Below, in pieces: positions 30,385 to 41,285 of a stretch of 64,000 bases of DNA. Position 1 is the stretch's first letter, and each line of letters begins with the position of its first letter. The translations under genes were made by a program, and so were the position numbers. The stretch is from an uncultured Fibrobacterota bacterium. GTDB lineage: Bacteria; Fibrobacterota; Chitinivibrionia; Chitinivibrionales; FEN-1185. The stretch spans positions 1 to 64,000 of the forward strand of contig CAVSQB010000003.1 of assembly GCA_963729895.1 (NCBI GenBank), read 5' to 3'. The notes below the pieces were generated by a model that searched no databases, was not told where the DNA came from, and saw nothing but the letters and a program-made list of their open reading frames with translations.

Positions 30385-32286
30385 CTAATCATTCTGCGAG
30401 GCCCCCAGCACCTGTTCTATGGTGGTGATGCCGTCGGCCGCCTTGCGGAGGCCGTCTTTGCGAAGAGTATCGAAGCCTCCCTTGGCAACGCAGTAGTCTT
30501 TGATTTCGTCGGACGACTTGTGCTCGATGATCATCTTTTTGACCGTGGAGTCAGGCACGAGCAGCTCGAATATGCCGGAACGCCCGCGGTAGCCGGTGTT
30601 GTTGCAGTTGTGGCAGCCTTTGCCCTTGTAAAGGGTGATATCGGGCCGCAGGCCGAGCTTCTGCAGGATCTCGGGATCTTCGGCATGCGGCTCACGGCAC
30701 TTGGAGCATATCTTGCGAACCAGACGCTGCGCGAGAACGCCGCGCACCGTTGAACAGATGAGAAACGGTTCGATTCCCATGTCGAGAAGCCTGGTGAACG
30801 CGCTCGCGGAATCGTTGGTATGAAGCGTGGAATACACCATGTGGCCGGTGAGCGCGGCCTGGATCGCCATCTCGCACGTTTGTTTGTCGCGCATTTCTCC
30901 CACCATCACGATGTCCGGATCCTGGCGGAGGATCGAACGCATGCCGTCGTCGAAGTTGAAGCCCGCCTTCACGTTGATCTGGCCCTGGTTCACTCCCTCC
31001 AGCACGAATTCCACCGGGTCTTCCATGGTGACGATGTTCTTCCGGTTTTCGTAGAAAAAATTGACGCGTGCGAGCGAAGCATACAAGGTACTGCTCTTGC
31101 CGCTTCCGGTGGGGCCGGTGACCAGTATGATGCCGTCTGACCCTCGTACGAGGTCGTCGAACGTCTTGAGCATGCCCGGAAGAAACCCGAGCATGTCGAG
31201 CGTGAGCTGGTGGGCCTGCTGGTCGATGATACGGAGCACCATTTTCTCGTTGACGCCCCTGGTGCGCGTCATCACCGGAAACGTGGATACGCGAAAATCG
31301 ATGTTGCGGCCCTGGTGCCGTATCTCGATGTGTCCGTCCTGCGGCCGGCGCTTTTCGGCGATGTCCATACCGGCCATGATCTTGAGGCGCGACGTGATCT
31401 GGGCCCGCAATTGCAACGGGATCGGGTTTTTCTCCTCCAGCTCGCCGTCGATACGGTACCGCAGACGTACATAGGTGTCCATGGGTTCAATGTGGATATC
31501 GGAGGCGTTTTCGGTGACCGCCTGCGTGATGATGAGGTTGACAAGCTTTACGATCTGCTTGCCTTCCTCATCGGTGAGCCGGTCTGCCTCCTCCTCATCT
31601 TCCTCATGCTTTACAAGGTCGAGTTCGTCGACGTGCACCGAGCCCAGGAGCTCGGACATCTGTTCCACGCTGGTGGAATAATTCTTTTCGATGGCGGCGA
31701 CAATGCTCTTTTCGGACGCGAGGACCGGATCGATTTCCTTGCCGGTTTTGAATTTCAGGTGGTCGATGGTGCGCAGGTTGGTAGGGTCGGCCATGGCAAC
31801 GGTGAGAATGCCGTCCTTCTCGAACAGCGTGATCGCCTTGTACCGGCGCGCCATGTCTTCGGGAATGCGCTTCACCAGCTCCCGGTCGAAGTTGAAATTC
31901 TCCAGGACAACGTGTTGCACATCGAGCTGAGCCGACAGCACTTCCATCAGTTTGGCGTCGGAAAGAAATTTAAGGGCTACCAGACACTGTCCCAGCGGCA
32001 GTTTTGATTTCTTCTGCTCTTCGAGCCCCTGGCGTAGTTGCTCCTCGTTGATGAGCCCCTGATCGATGAGCGCCTCGCCGATTCGTTTGCGCTGGTCAAG
32101 CTGAATCTGGGCGCCAAGCATGCTCGTGAGGTCGTCGTCGGTGATGTACCCGAGGTTCACGAGCACAGTGCCGATGCTCACGCCCGTGCGTTTGTGCACC
32201 TGCAAGGCCTCCACCAGCTGTTCGTTGGTGATGAGCCCTTGGGCGACGAGAATTTCGCCGATTTTCTTGCGACGTCTCTGCATCAT
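30385..32286 (-). CDS. pilB: PilB/GspE assembly ATPase with tandem MshEN domains
   Basis: GPTGSGKS, LRQDPDIVMVGEMRD, tetracysteine motif, N-terminal RLG-type repeats. Confidence 0.88.
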   Translation of the reverse strand: MMQRRRKKIGEILVAQGLITNEQLVEALQVHKRTGVSIGTVLVNLGYITDDDLTSMLGAQIQLDQRKRIGEALIDQGLINEEQLRQGLEEQKKSKLPLGQCLVALKFLSDAKLMEVLSAQLDVQHVVLENFNFDRELVKRIPEDMARRYKAITLFEKDGILTVAMADPTNLRTIDHLKFKTGKEIDPVLASEKSIVAAIEKNYSTSVEQMSELLGSVHVDELDLVKHEEDEEEADRLTDEEGKQIVKLVNLIITQAVTENASDIHIEPMDTYVRLRYRIDGELEEKNPIPLQLRAQITSRLKIMAGMDIAEKRRPQDGHIEIRHQGRNIDFRVSTFPVMTRTRGVNEKMVLRIIDQQAHQLTLDMLGFLPGMLKTFDDLVRGSDGIILVTGPTGSGKSSTLYASLARVNFFYENRKNIVTMEDPVEFVLEGVNQGQINVKAGFNFDDGMRSILRQDPDIVMVGEMRDKQTCEMAIQAALTGHMVYSTLHTNDSASAFTRLLDMGIEPFLICSTVRGVLAQRLVRKICSKCREPHAEDPEILQKLGLRPDITLYKGKGCHNCNNTGYRGRSGIFELLVPDSTVKKMIIEHKSSDEIKDYCVAKGGFDTLRKDGLRKAADGITTIEQVLGASQND

Positions 32287-32351
32287 AGCGGTTAAAAATA
32301 CATTACCTGGATTAGAGTGGGTATGATGTTAAACTAAAACCGGCAAATCTA

Positions 32352-33380
32352 TTATAGCAAGCCCTTTCGGAGGTGGTCCCAGCCGCCCGGCCCGAGGTTC
32401 GTTGCGGGTCCGTCCGCACGGCGCAGGCGCACGCCCCGCAGCAACCGGGAAAACGTCCCGATCCGGGAGATGGGAACGCCGTAATCGGCGAACGCGGCGG
32501 GATCAAACGCCGGTGCAGCGGCGAACATGAGCTCGTAATCTTCGCCGCCGTGCAGGAACCATTCGAGCCGGTCCTTTCCGAGTCTCCCGGCGAGCAGTCT
32601 GACGGTCGGAGAAACGCACGCCGGACCGACCGCAAGATCGATGCCGAGGTTGTTCTCGTACGCCAGCGTGCGGCACTCCTTTGCCACGCCATCCGATATG
32701 TCAATAAACGCATGGACGCGCGGCTCACGGGCAAGGGCACGACCCAGTTCAATCCGGGGGACCGGCCGCACGTGGCGCGCCGCAAGGGACCGATACGCCG
32801 GCGGGGCCCCGCGCCGCCCCCATTTCCGAAGCGCGGCGAGTCCCGCCGCCGCCTCGCCGGGGTTGCCGGTAACCCACAGGCCGTCGCCATGACGGGCGCC
32901 TGTGCGCAACAGGACGCGGCTTCTTTCCATCCTCCCGAGCAAGGTGATGTCGATTATCCAACATGGGCCCCTGGACAGGTTGCCGCCGGTGATGGGAAAT
33001 TCCCATCGCCTGCACGCCGTGCCCATGCCCGTGTACAACCGCTTCACGTCCGCCGTGACTTTGGCCGCGCCTTGCTTTTGCGGAAATATGATTTGGACAA
33101 GCGCGCAGTCCGGCAGCGCGGCCATTGCCGCGCAGTCGCTCAGGTTGACCGCCATGGCCTTGTAGCCGACATCCTCAAGCGTCATGTACTTCAGGCTGAA
33201 GTGAACATCCTGGACAAAAGAGTCGGCCGTGAGAACGAGCTTTTCCCCGGCCCCGCATATGCGGACCGCGGCATCATCGCCGATGGGCAGAGGGTAGCGG
33301 CGGGTCTTCCGATAATTCAGCAGAGGCTTGAGAGAGTTCAAAAGCTTGTATTCGGACGAGGGAAAGGCTTGTGTAGACAT
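32352..33380 (-). CDS. thiL: thiamine-monophosphate kinase
   Basis: IGDDAA, NLSDCAAM, DISDG, GGEDYEL, GWDH. Confidence 0.95.
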   Translation of the reverse strand: MSTQAFPSSEYKLLNSLKPLLNYRKTRRYPLPIGDDAAVRICGAGEKLVLTADSFVQDVHFSLKYMTLEDVGYKAMAVNLSDCAAMAALPDCALVQIIFPQKQGAAKVTADVKRLYTGMGTACRRWEFPITGGNLSRGPCWIIDITLLGRMERSRVLLRTGARHGDGLWVTGNPGEAAAGLAALRKWGRRGAPPAYRSLAARHVRPVPRIELGRALAREPRVHAFIDISDGVAKECRTLAYENNLGIDLAVGPACVSPTVRLLAGRLGKDRLEWFLHGGEDYELMFAAAPAFDPAAFADYGVPISRIGTFSRLLRGVRLRRADGPATNLGPGGWDHLRKGLL

Positions 33381-33638
33381 GTGTGGACCTCGTTGGAAAA
33401 TAATCACGCAACGTCGGGATGGGTCAAGATAAATTTGCCGGAAGGCGAATAATCCGGCGAACGAATGCCGAGACGGTTTATTGACGGTGCGAGAAGGAGA
33501 TACTCCGGAGTGTTCGATACGGCGCGGTCAGGACGGAATTGGCCGCACCCGTAGGACGAGGAAGATTGTTTCCAGGTATTCCTGGCAACAGAACCTGTTT
33601 CTTTTCGTATATTTATGGAAGTCCATGAAAGGGGCATT

Positions 33639-35516
33639 ATGAAAAATCAAAGCATGATCGTGCCGGCCGCTCTCCTCTTCACAATTGGCGCTCACGCCGC
33701 GGCCGTGAACGTTGCCATTTCGGTAAACACGGCGCAAAACCGGCATCAGATCAGCCCTTATATTTATGGCTCGAACCAGAGTCTCACCGGCACCGAAAAT
33801 TTCACTATGAGAAGGCAGGGCGGAAACCGGCTCACAGGATACAACTGGGAAAACAACGCCTCCAATGCAGGAACCGACTGGAACAATTCAAGTGACGACT
33901 ACATGACCTCTGCCATGGGAATTTCCGCTGCTCAAGCCAACGTCCCGGGAATATCCGTCACCGCGTTCATAGATTCATGCATCAGGGAAGGCGCGTACCC
34001 TTTGATAACCCTTCAGATGGCGGGATTTGTCGCACGTGACAAGAACGGGACCGTTGCTGCGAGCGAGACGGCGCCGTCTCCCCGGTGGCGCCGCGTGGTG
34101 CCCAAAAAGCCTTCGGCATTTGCCGCCGTGCCCGACACCGCGGATACCGCTGTCTACATGGACGAATTCCTGAATTTCTTGAAAACAAAATATGGCGCGG
34201 TATCGTTTCCGTGGTTCGGCGGCTGTGACCTGGACAACGAACCAGCGCTGTGGCCCTTTACGCACCCGCGCATTCACCCCGATACGCCCACCTGTCAGGA
34301 GCTTGTCACCAAGTCCATTGTGCTCGCCGCCGCGGCGAAAGCCGTTGATTCGACGCGCGAAGTTTTCGGCCCGGTGGCGTTTGGGTTTTCGGAATTGGAC
34401 AATTTCAACGGCGCAAGCGACTGGAATTCCGTAAAAGGAAACTCGGCGTGGTTCGTGGACTGGTACCTCGACAAGATGAGCCAGGCATCCCAGGCAGCAG
34501 GCAAACGGCTCCTTGACGTATTGGATTTCCACTGGTATTCGGAGGCCACGGGCAACGGCATCCGCATCACCGACAACCAGCCGTCGGCAGACAGCCCGCC
34601 CGTCGCGCAGGCGCGCATCCAGGCCCCGCGCACGCTGTGGGACAAAAACTACGTGGAAAACAGCTGGATCGGCCAGTGGTTCTCCGCTTTTCTGCCGCTG
34701 GTCCCCCGGCTAAGCCAATCCATAGCGGCGCATTATCCGGGAACAAAGATTTCAATTTCCGAATATAATTATGGCGGCGAAGACCATGTTTCGGGCGGTA
34801 TCGCCATGTCCGACGTGCTCGGCATTTACGGGAAGTACGGCGTGGATTATGCCTGTTACTGGCAGATGTACACCGTGACTAATTTTACCTCAGCCGCGTT
34901 CAAGCTGTACCGGAACTATAACGGCAGCAACGCGACGTTCGGATCAACCTCCGTTCAGGCGTCGACATCGGACTCGGTGCATTCGTCCGTTTATGCCTCG
35001 GTCACGGCAGCCGGCGACAATGAACTGCATCTGATCGTCATCAACAAGCAGTACGACACCACCATGAACGCGTCCATTGCGATAACCTCGGGCCTCGCCT
35101 ACAACAGCGTCCGCGTGTGGGGTTTCGATTCCGCTTCGTCTACCATCACCGAACGGCTGCCTGCCCCGGCAATTGCAAACAACTCGGTTACGCTTTCGGT
35201 GCCGCCGCTGTCCGTCTACCACATGGTCCTGACGTCTCCGAGTTCCGTGATCCTGCATGCCGGCGCAGGCCGTGCCGCCGCACCCCCGCAGATACGGGTC
35301 ATGGCGGCGGGAAGGCCCCTTGTCTGCTACGATCTTGCACCGGCATTTTCTTTTCGCCTCGACCTGTATTCTCTGGACGGCCGGCTGTTGCTACGCAGAG
35401 TCAATCTGACGGGAAAAGGCGCGATTGATATTTCGAACATCCATGAAAAATGCGTGGCGAGCGTGCTCACATCCGGGTGGGGAACGCAGCGGGGACGGTT
35501 GCTTATTGCGCAGTAG
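33639..35516 (+). CDS. secreted GH44 endoglucanase/xyloglucanase with C-terminal sorting-like domain
   Basis: ISPYIYG, RQGGNRLTGYNWENNASNAG, LDNEPALW, DFHWY, ISEY. Confidence 0.92.
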   Translation: MKNQSMIVPAALLFTIGAHAAAVNVAISVNTAQNRHQISPYIYGSNQSLTGTENFTMRRQGGNRLTGYNWENNASNAGTDWNNSSDDYMTSAMGISAAQANVPGISVTAFIDSCIREGAYPLITLQMAGFVARDKNGTVAASETAPSPRWRRVVPKKPSAFAAVPDTADTAVYMDEFLNFLKTKYGAVSFPWFGGCDLDNEPALWPFTHPRIHPDTPTCQELVTKSIVLAAAAKAVDSTREVFGPVAFGFSELDNFNGASDWNSVKGNSAWFVDWYLDKMSQASQAAGKRLLDVLDFHWYSEATGNGIRITDNQPSADSPPVAQARIQAPRTLWDKNYVENSWIGQWFSAFLPLVPRLSQSIAAHYPGTKISISEYNYGGEDHVSGGIAMSDVLGIYGKYGVDYACYWQMYTVTNFTSAAFKLYRNYNGSNATFGSTSVQASTSDSVHSSVYASVTAAGDNELHLIVINKQYDTTMNASIAITSGLAYNSVRVWGFDSASSTITERLPAPAIANNSVTLSVPPLSVYHMVLTSPSSVILHAGAGRAAAPPQIRVMAAGRPLVCYDLAPAFSFRLDLYSLDGRLLLRRVNLTGKGAIDISNIHEKCVASVLTSGWGTQRGRLLIAQ

Positions 35517-35552
35517 CCCTCGGGGATGCCGCAGCTATTTTGACAGGCGAGT

Positions 35553-35771
35553 ATGAATATCTCAGTTGAAACCTTTTCCGGCTATAAAGCGGACGAATAC
35601 CCTCTCAGGATAGTACTGCAAGGGCGCCGGCTCGAGATAATCTCAATTGAAGACCGTTGGTACAGCCCGGAATGCTCCTACTTCAGGGTATTTGCCGATG
35701 ACGGCAATACGTATATCCTGAAACAGATACCGGGGAACAACCAGTGGCAGATGGTCCGACAGGACGGTTGA
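35553..35771 (+). CDS. small conserved hypothetical protein
   Basis: FSGYKADEYP..IEDRWYSP..YFRV..DG pattern. Confidence 0.6.
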   Translation: MNISVETFSGYKADEYPLRIVLQGRRLEIISIEDRWYSPECSYFRVFADDGNTYILKQIPGNNQWQMVRQDG

Positions 35772-35798
35772 TCCTGCCTGCTCTTCGCGATTCGGTAT

Positions 35799-36875
35799 TC
35801 AGCGATTCCCGGACAAGGCGAGTTTTTCAATTTCGCGCGCGCACCTGAGTGCGCCCCCGGAAAGCAACCCCGGGGGGTTTTCCCGTTTTTCCACCAGCCT
35901 GAGCGCGCTTCCCCACTCGAGCCCGTAAAAGTCCTCTTTCGACAGCATGTACCCGTGACCCCACTCGGACACCGCCCGGTGCAAGACCGGGAACTCGGCG
36001 AAATTGTCCCTCGGAAGGTACACGATGGGAAGGCCGCCCAGAAAGCATTCGGCGCAGGTGCCATACCCGAGCTTGCTTATCATCACGTCGGCGGAAGCGA
36101 TGCAGTCCTGGTACCTGAATTCCTTTTTGTCGAGACGATGGTAATTCGCCGGCGGGCCGGGCAGCGCGTAGAGGCCGAAAAACTCCCAGTCGGTAAAACG
36201 TTCCAGGTCTTTCCACGGCATGTCGTTCATGCCGAAGTTGCCCGTGTAAATCATCCCGATCTTTTTGGTCGGAGGAATGTTGTTCTCCCCGATCAGGCGT
36301 GCCCGGACATTGGCGCCAACCCTGCCGACCGGGCCGGTGTCGATCTTGTTCTCAAAGTAAGGCATCTGGTTTGCGGGAAACATCGACAGGAGCAGGCCCG
36401 CCATGGCGTACTGGGTCCCGATTGTGTCGAGGTACGGCGCAAAGTCGGGGCGCCCGGACGCATATTCCTCATAGATGGTGTGCCAGGTAAAATTGGTCGC
36501 CGCCACGGACGGAATTCCCGCCGCGCGCGCCGCATCGAAGGCAAACGGCACAATGTCGCTGGCGATAACCGAAAACCGGTTCTCAACGCACCACGCCGCT
36601 TCCTTGTCGAGAAGCGTCCCGTTGCGATCGGCGATTGCGCGGTAGGAGTCCAGCGTCCTTCCCACGTCCACGGTGACGCCGTCGGTTTGAAAACAGCCGC
36701 AGTCGAATTCCGCCGGCGCGTACGTAAACGGCCTGTGCACCTCCTCGTCAAAAAATTGCCGCGGGACCGTCGTGCGGAAGACGATGTCCGTTCCGGGCGA
36801 AAGAAGGTTGCAGATCGCCGCCGTGCGAGCCGCGTGGCCGTAACCGTGGGACGTTATATAGTAGAGAAGCTTCAT
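35799..36875 (-). CDS. GT-B glycosyltransferase-like protein (L-arabinokinase N-terminal-like)
   Basis: YYITSHGYGHAAR, NFTW, SKLGYGT..E. Confidence 0.8.
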   Translation of the reverse strand: MKLLYYITSHGYGHAARTAAICNLLSPGTDIVFRTTVPRQFFDEEVHRPFTYAPAEFDCGCFQTDGVTVDVGRTLDSYRAIADRNGTLLDKEAAWCVENRFSVIASDIVPFAFDAARAAGIPSVAATNFTWHTIYEEYASGRPDFAPYLDTIGTQYAMAGLLLSMFPANQMPYFENKIDTGPVGRVGANVRARLIGENNIPPTKKIGMIYTGNFGMNDMPWKDLERFTDWEFFGLYALPGPPANYHRLDKKEFRYQDCIASADVMISKLGYGTCAECFLGGLPIVYLPRDNFAEFPVLHRAVSEWGHGYMLSKEDFYGLEWGSALRLVEKRENPPGLLSGGALRCAREIEKLALSGNR

Positions 36876-37273
36876 TTGAGATCACGTTCTCCGTGCAACC
36901 CTGTAAAATCCCCCCTAACCAACGGAGGGGACACCAAAAGATTTCCTTGCAAAGGCTTCCTCGGGGGATGGAGGGAGCCCAGAGATAGCATCGCGGCAGT
37001 CCACATCGGAGACTGTTCGCGACTTTAAGAATCTACGTTTTTTCAACGTCCGCTTTCAATCAACATTTTTTTTCGCATGAATCTCCCCACATAGTATTTT
37101 GGTACGGCTTTTTCCGCCTGGAATATCACGGCCGCTCTGTTGTTTTGGCCTCCCTCGCAGCGCCTTCACACAGATTTTCCGGTCCAAAGCTTGAAACAAA
37201 AAGCCTGTGATAGTGTCGCTAGGCAATTATTTTATTCACGCATGCATCCGGCATTCGAGGAGATCTGGTACTT

Positions 37274-39358
37274 ATGGCATTCGACACTTCGACGATGCGC
37301 AACATCGGCATCAGCGCCCACATCGACTCGGGCAAAACCACCCTCACCGAGCGGATTCTGTACTACTGCAACAAGATCCACGCCATTCACGAGGTAAAAG
37401 GCAAGGACGGCGTCGGGGCCACCATGGACTCCATGGAACTCGAGCGCGAGCGCGGCATCACCATCGCGTCGGCTGCAACCAACGTCGACTGGCGAAGGCA
37501 CTCCATCAACATCATAGACACGCCCGGGCACGTGGACTTTACCATCGAAGTCGAACGCGCGCTGCGCGTACTCGACGGCGCCGTGCTGGTGCTGTGCTCG
37601 GTGGGAGGAGTGCAGTCGCAGTCGATTACCGTCGACCGCCAGCTCAAGCGGTACAAAGTGCCCAGAGTTGCGTTTATCAACAAATGCGACCGCGCCGGGG
37701 CCAATCCCTACCGCGTCAAGGAGCAGCTGTGCGACAAGCTGGGCCACAATGCCGTACTCATGCAGATTCCCATCGGGCTCGAAGATAAGTTCACCGGCAT
37801 GGTTGACCTCGTCACCATGAAAGCCCTGTATTTCGACGGAGAGCACGGCGAGGACATCAGGCAGGAGGAGATTCCTGCCGACCTTCTCGTCGAAGCCGAG
37901 GCGCGTCGCGTGGAGCTCATCGACGCGGTATCGATGTATTGTGACGACCTTGCCGAAGCCTACCTCGAGGGCAGGGAAACCGAGGAACAGATCCGCACCG
38001 CGGTGCGCAAGGGTGTGCTCTCGCTCGACCTCACCCCCGTGTTCGTGGGAACGGCGTACAAGAACAAAGGCGTGCAGCCGCTGCTCGACGCCGTGGTCGA
38101 CTATCTTCCGTCGCCGACCGACCGGCAGTATTCGGCGCTGGATCTTGACAACAACGAAGCCGAAGTCCCGCTTTCGGCACAGGACGACAAACCCACGGTC
38201 GCCCTGGCGTTCAAACTCGAAGACGGACACTACGGCCAGCTCACCTATATCCGCATCTATCAGGGGTCGCTTAAGAAAAGCGACGAGCTCACCAATAGCC
38301 GCAGCGGCAAGAGCTTCAAGGTGGGCAGGCTTGTCCGCATGCATGCAAGCGACATGGAAGACATACAAACCGCGGGCTGCGGCGACATCGTCGCCCTGTT
38401 CGGCATCGACTGCGCCTCCGGCGACACATTCTCCCAGGGAAGCCTTCACTACTCGCTTACTTCAATGTTCGTTCCCGATCCCGTTATTTCCCTCGCCATA
38501 AAGCCGAAAGACAAAAAATCGGCCGACAACATGTCCAAGGCGCTCAACCGCTTCTGCAAAGAAGACCCCACCTTCCATTCCTTTGTGGACCCCGAGTCCA
38601 AGGAAACCATCATCCGGGGAATGGGAGAACTGCACCTCGACATTTACATAGAGCGAATGAAGCGCGAGTATAACGTTGAAATCGAAGCCGGCATGCCGCA
38701 GGTTGCGTACCGGGAGTCTATAACCCAGCGGGTGGATTTCGATTACACGCACAAGAAGCAGACCGGCGGTTCGGGCCAGTACGGACGCGTTGCCGGAATC
38801 ATGGAGCCCACGCACGAGCACGAGTACGAGTTCATCGACGAAATTACGGGCGGCGCCATCCCGCGCGAGTTCATTTCGTCGTGCGACAAGGGATTCAAGG
38901 CGTGCCTCGCCAAGGGGACCGTCATCGGCTTCCCTATCGTGGGCGTCAAGATGACCATCAACGACGGGCAGTCGCACCCGGTTGACTCGTCGGACATGGC
39001 ATTCCAGCTCGCCGCCATCGGCGCGTTCCGCCAGGCCTACGAGAAGGCGAGGCCGGAAATTCTGGAACCCATCATGAAAGTGTCCATAGAAGGACCCGCC
39101 GAGTTCCAGGGCAACGCACTGGCCTCCGTCAACCAGCGGCGCGGCATCATCATCAGCACCTCGGAAGACAACACGTTTTCGCGCGTTGACGCCGAGGTAC
39201 CCCTCGCGGAGATGTTCGGCTTTTCAACCATCCTGCGGTCGATTACGCAGGGCAAGGCCAATTTCACCATGGAATTCGCGCGGTACGGCAAAGTGCCGGC
39301 GGGCAAATGCGAGGAACTTGTCAAACAGTATCAGGAGCAGGCGAAAAAACGGGCCTGA
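37274..39358 (+). CDS. fusA: elongation factor G
   Basis: [30 protein letters not shown]. Confidence 0.97.
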   Translation: MAFDTSTMRNIGISAHIDSGKTTLTERILYYCNKIHAIHEVKGKDGVGATMDSMELERERGITIASAATNVDWRRHSINIIDTPGHVDFTIEVERALRVLDGAVLVLCSVGGVQSQSITVDRQLKRYKVPRVAFINKCDRAGANPYRVKEQLCDKLGHNAVLMQIPIGLEDKFTGMVDLVTMKALYFDGEHGEDIRQEEIPADLLVEAEARRVELIDAVSMYCDDLAEAYLEGRETEEQIRTAVRKGVLSLDLTPVFVGTAYKNKGVQPLLDAVVDYLPSPTDRQYSALDLDNNEAEVPLSAQDDKPTVALAFKLEDGHYGQLTYIRIYQGSLKKSDELTNSRSGKSFKVGRLVRMHASDMEDIQTAGCGDIVALFGIDCASGDTFSQGSLHYSLTSMFVPDPVISLAIKPKDKKSADNMSKALNRFCKEDPTFHSFVDPESKETIIRGMGELHLDIYIERMKREYNVEIEAGMPQVAYRESITQRVDFDYTHKKQTGGSGQYGRVAGIMEPTHEHEYEFIDEITGGAIPREFISSCDKGFKACLAKGTVIGFPIVGVKMTINDGQSHPVDSSDMAFQLAAIGAFRQAYEKARPEILEPIMKVSIEGPAEFQGNALASVNQRRGIIISTSEDNTFSRVDAEVPLAEMFGFSTILRSITQGKANFTMEFARYGKVPAGKCEELVKQYQEQAKKRA

Positions 39359-39400
39359 GGCCCTTCGGAAGGGAAAAAAAGCGTCACGGAGGCATACAGC

Positions 39401-40120
39401 ATGATCAGGAAAGAACTCATCAAGAGGAGTCCGCTTCGGATCCTCGAAAAATCAACCCGCGGCGGGGTGGGGAAAGGGAATATCGGCGTGATCGCGGCGC
39501 GTAAAGGCATCGGCAAGACCGCGTGCCTGGTGCACATCGCCACCGACCAGCTGTTTCAGGGAAAGCACGTCATACACCTGTCGTATTCGGGCAACATCGG
39601 CCATATCGTTCAGTGGTACGAGGATATTTTCCAGGAAATCGCGCGGCGCCATAAACTTGATTGCGCCATGGATGTTCATGATGATATAATAAGAAACAGA
39701 ATTGTGATGAATTTCGAGCAGGCGAACGTCACGGTCGCAAAAATAGAGAAAAACATTCGCACGCTCATGGAGAAAGGAAGTTTTTCGGTTGAAACGATTG
39801 TAGTCGACGGTTACAATTTCAACAAAGCAACAGTCGAGGAGTTCAAGGAATTCAGACGCTTCGCGCGCGATAACGGTTTTGAGCTCTGGTTCAGCGCCAC
39901 CCTCAAGGAAGACGCAACCACCAAGGACCGTATCCCCGGGATGCTGTTGCCGTACCTGGACGACGTCGCCATCCTCATCTGTCTTCAGCCGCGGGGGGAT
40001 TTCATCCACCTCAACCTCGCCAAAGACCATGATGCGGTGATGGTGTCCGATATGCACTTGAAGCTCGACCCGCGCATACTCTTGATTGCCGAGGAGAACC
40101 AGGCGGAACGGGCTGTGTAA
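39401..40120 (+). CDS. RecA/KaiC-like P-loop protein
   Basis: ARKGIGKT Walker A, IVVDG Walker B-like; GGAGG RBS. Confidence 0.75.
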   Translation: MIRKELIKRSPLRILEKSTRGGVGKGNIGVIAARKGIGKTACLVHIATDQLFQGKHVIHLSYSGNIGHIVQWYEDIFQEIARRHKLDCAMDVHDDIIRNRIVMNFEQANVTVAKIEKNIRTLMEKGSFSVETIVVDGYNFNKATVEEFKEFRRFARDNGFELWFSATLKEDATTKDRIPGMLLPYLDDVAILICLQPRGDFIHLNLAKDHDAVMVSDMHLKLDPRILLIAEENQAERAV

Positions 40121-40125
40121 GCTGA

Positions 40126-40914
40126 ATGACGAAACGGGTGATCGTGGCTGCTCGGATCCTACTCATCGCAGTGTGTGCGGCCGTTTCCCTGGCCAGCTCG
40201 GAAACCCCGGGGAAGCGTACGTCCTACGGAATCCCTCTTGCAAAGCTCAGCGTCTCATTTAACGACCAGACCCACCAATTCGAAAAAGTAAAGGTGTCCT
40301 TCGGCAGCTCGGACGACGACGAATCGTATTATGCGCTTATCGCCCCGATCACCGATTTCGAGGTGAAGATCACCAAGGACGGACGCCAGAAGATCGTGCA
40401 CGACGAAGTGCCCGACAAGGCTTTCATGATATCGGCCTTCGAGGCGGACATCATCAACCGGGTGTGCAAGACGTTTGTGCCCACGCTCGAAACATTCGAA
40501 CGCGACCTGCAGCACGAGCGGTGGGACAGGCTCCTGTATCTCGACTCGTTTTTCCCGCGCTTCCTCAAAGGATTTTACTATCTGTATTGCGCGGCCCGGA
40601 ACTCGCCGTACGCGCTGCCGAGAAGCATCTGCATTCCGGATTCCCTGTACGACATTTCCCTCACCTCGCCCAAGTCCGACGAGCGGATCAGGATGTGGCA
40701 GACGCAAAGCAATCAGATCATCAAACTCCGCATCATCTCCAAGGAACTGTCGTATCAGATCAAGGAATGGCAGAAACTGGAACTCGACAACCCGAATCGC
40801 AACCTGGAAATCTCGTACGGAAAGAAATTCGAGGAGGCGTTTACGCTGTTTGTGAAGCTGTATTTCAATCTGCAGCCGCTGCCCGAAGTGCCGCCTGAAG
40901 GGCAACACCTTTAG
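40126..40914 (+). CDS. hypothetical exported protein
   Basis: Signal peptide, host-like codon usage. Confidence 0.7.
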   Translation: MTKRVIVAARILLIAVCAAVSLASSETPGKRTSYGIPLAKLSVSFNDQTHQFEKVKVSFGSSDDDESYYALIAPITDFEVKITKDGRQKIVHDEVPDKAFMISAFEADIINRVCKTFVPTLETFERDLQHERWDRLLYLDSFFPRFLKGFYYLYCAARNSPYALPRSICIPDSLYDISLTSPKSDERIRMWQTQSNQIIKLRIISKELSYQIKEWQKLELDNPNRNLEISYGKKFEEAFTLFVKLYFNLQPLPEVPPEGQHL

Positions 40915-41285
40915 CCTCTGACAATTTTTGTTTTGGAGGGGAAACCGTTTCGCAATCCGCAAGGAAGATTGGGCGTTCCTCTCGCTACGCTCGGGTCGGT
41001 TCTTCTTCCAGCTCGGCCTGCGGCCTCGTTGCCGTCCGCCCTATGCCTATCGTCTGGGTCGGGCGGCAATGCGCTCCATCGCCCTTCCAGTCGCCCCTAA
41101 CGCAAAAACAAAATCCCGACTGCCACGCGTTCTCGTTCAACTACCCTTCGCGGGTGCCCCCGCAACACAAGATTGATTCTTGCAACTGCAATTTAAAGGG
41201 GTGCACCCAGGAGAGGGGAGTGCCGGGGACCGGGTGGCCGGCCGAGGCCGGGGGAGATACTTCTCCCCCGAAAGAAGAACACGAT

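Noticed and set aside
28299..30428. 709-aa + strand ORF and similar long shadow ORFs (7695-8960, 25349-26404, 37232-38449, 44081-45172)
   Set aside because: Antisense to well-supported genes; expected from high GC3 codon bias
36905..36976. CCCCCC/GGGG-rich stems upstream of the GT-B gene
   Set aside because: Weak pairing and no second copy in the window
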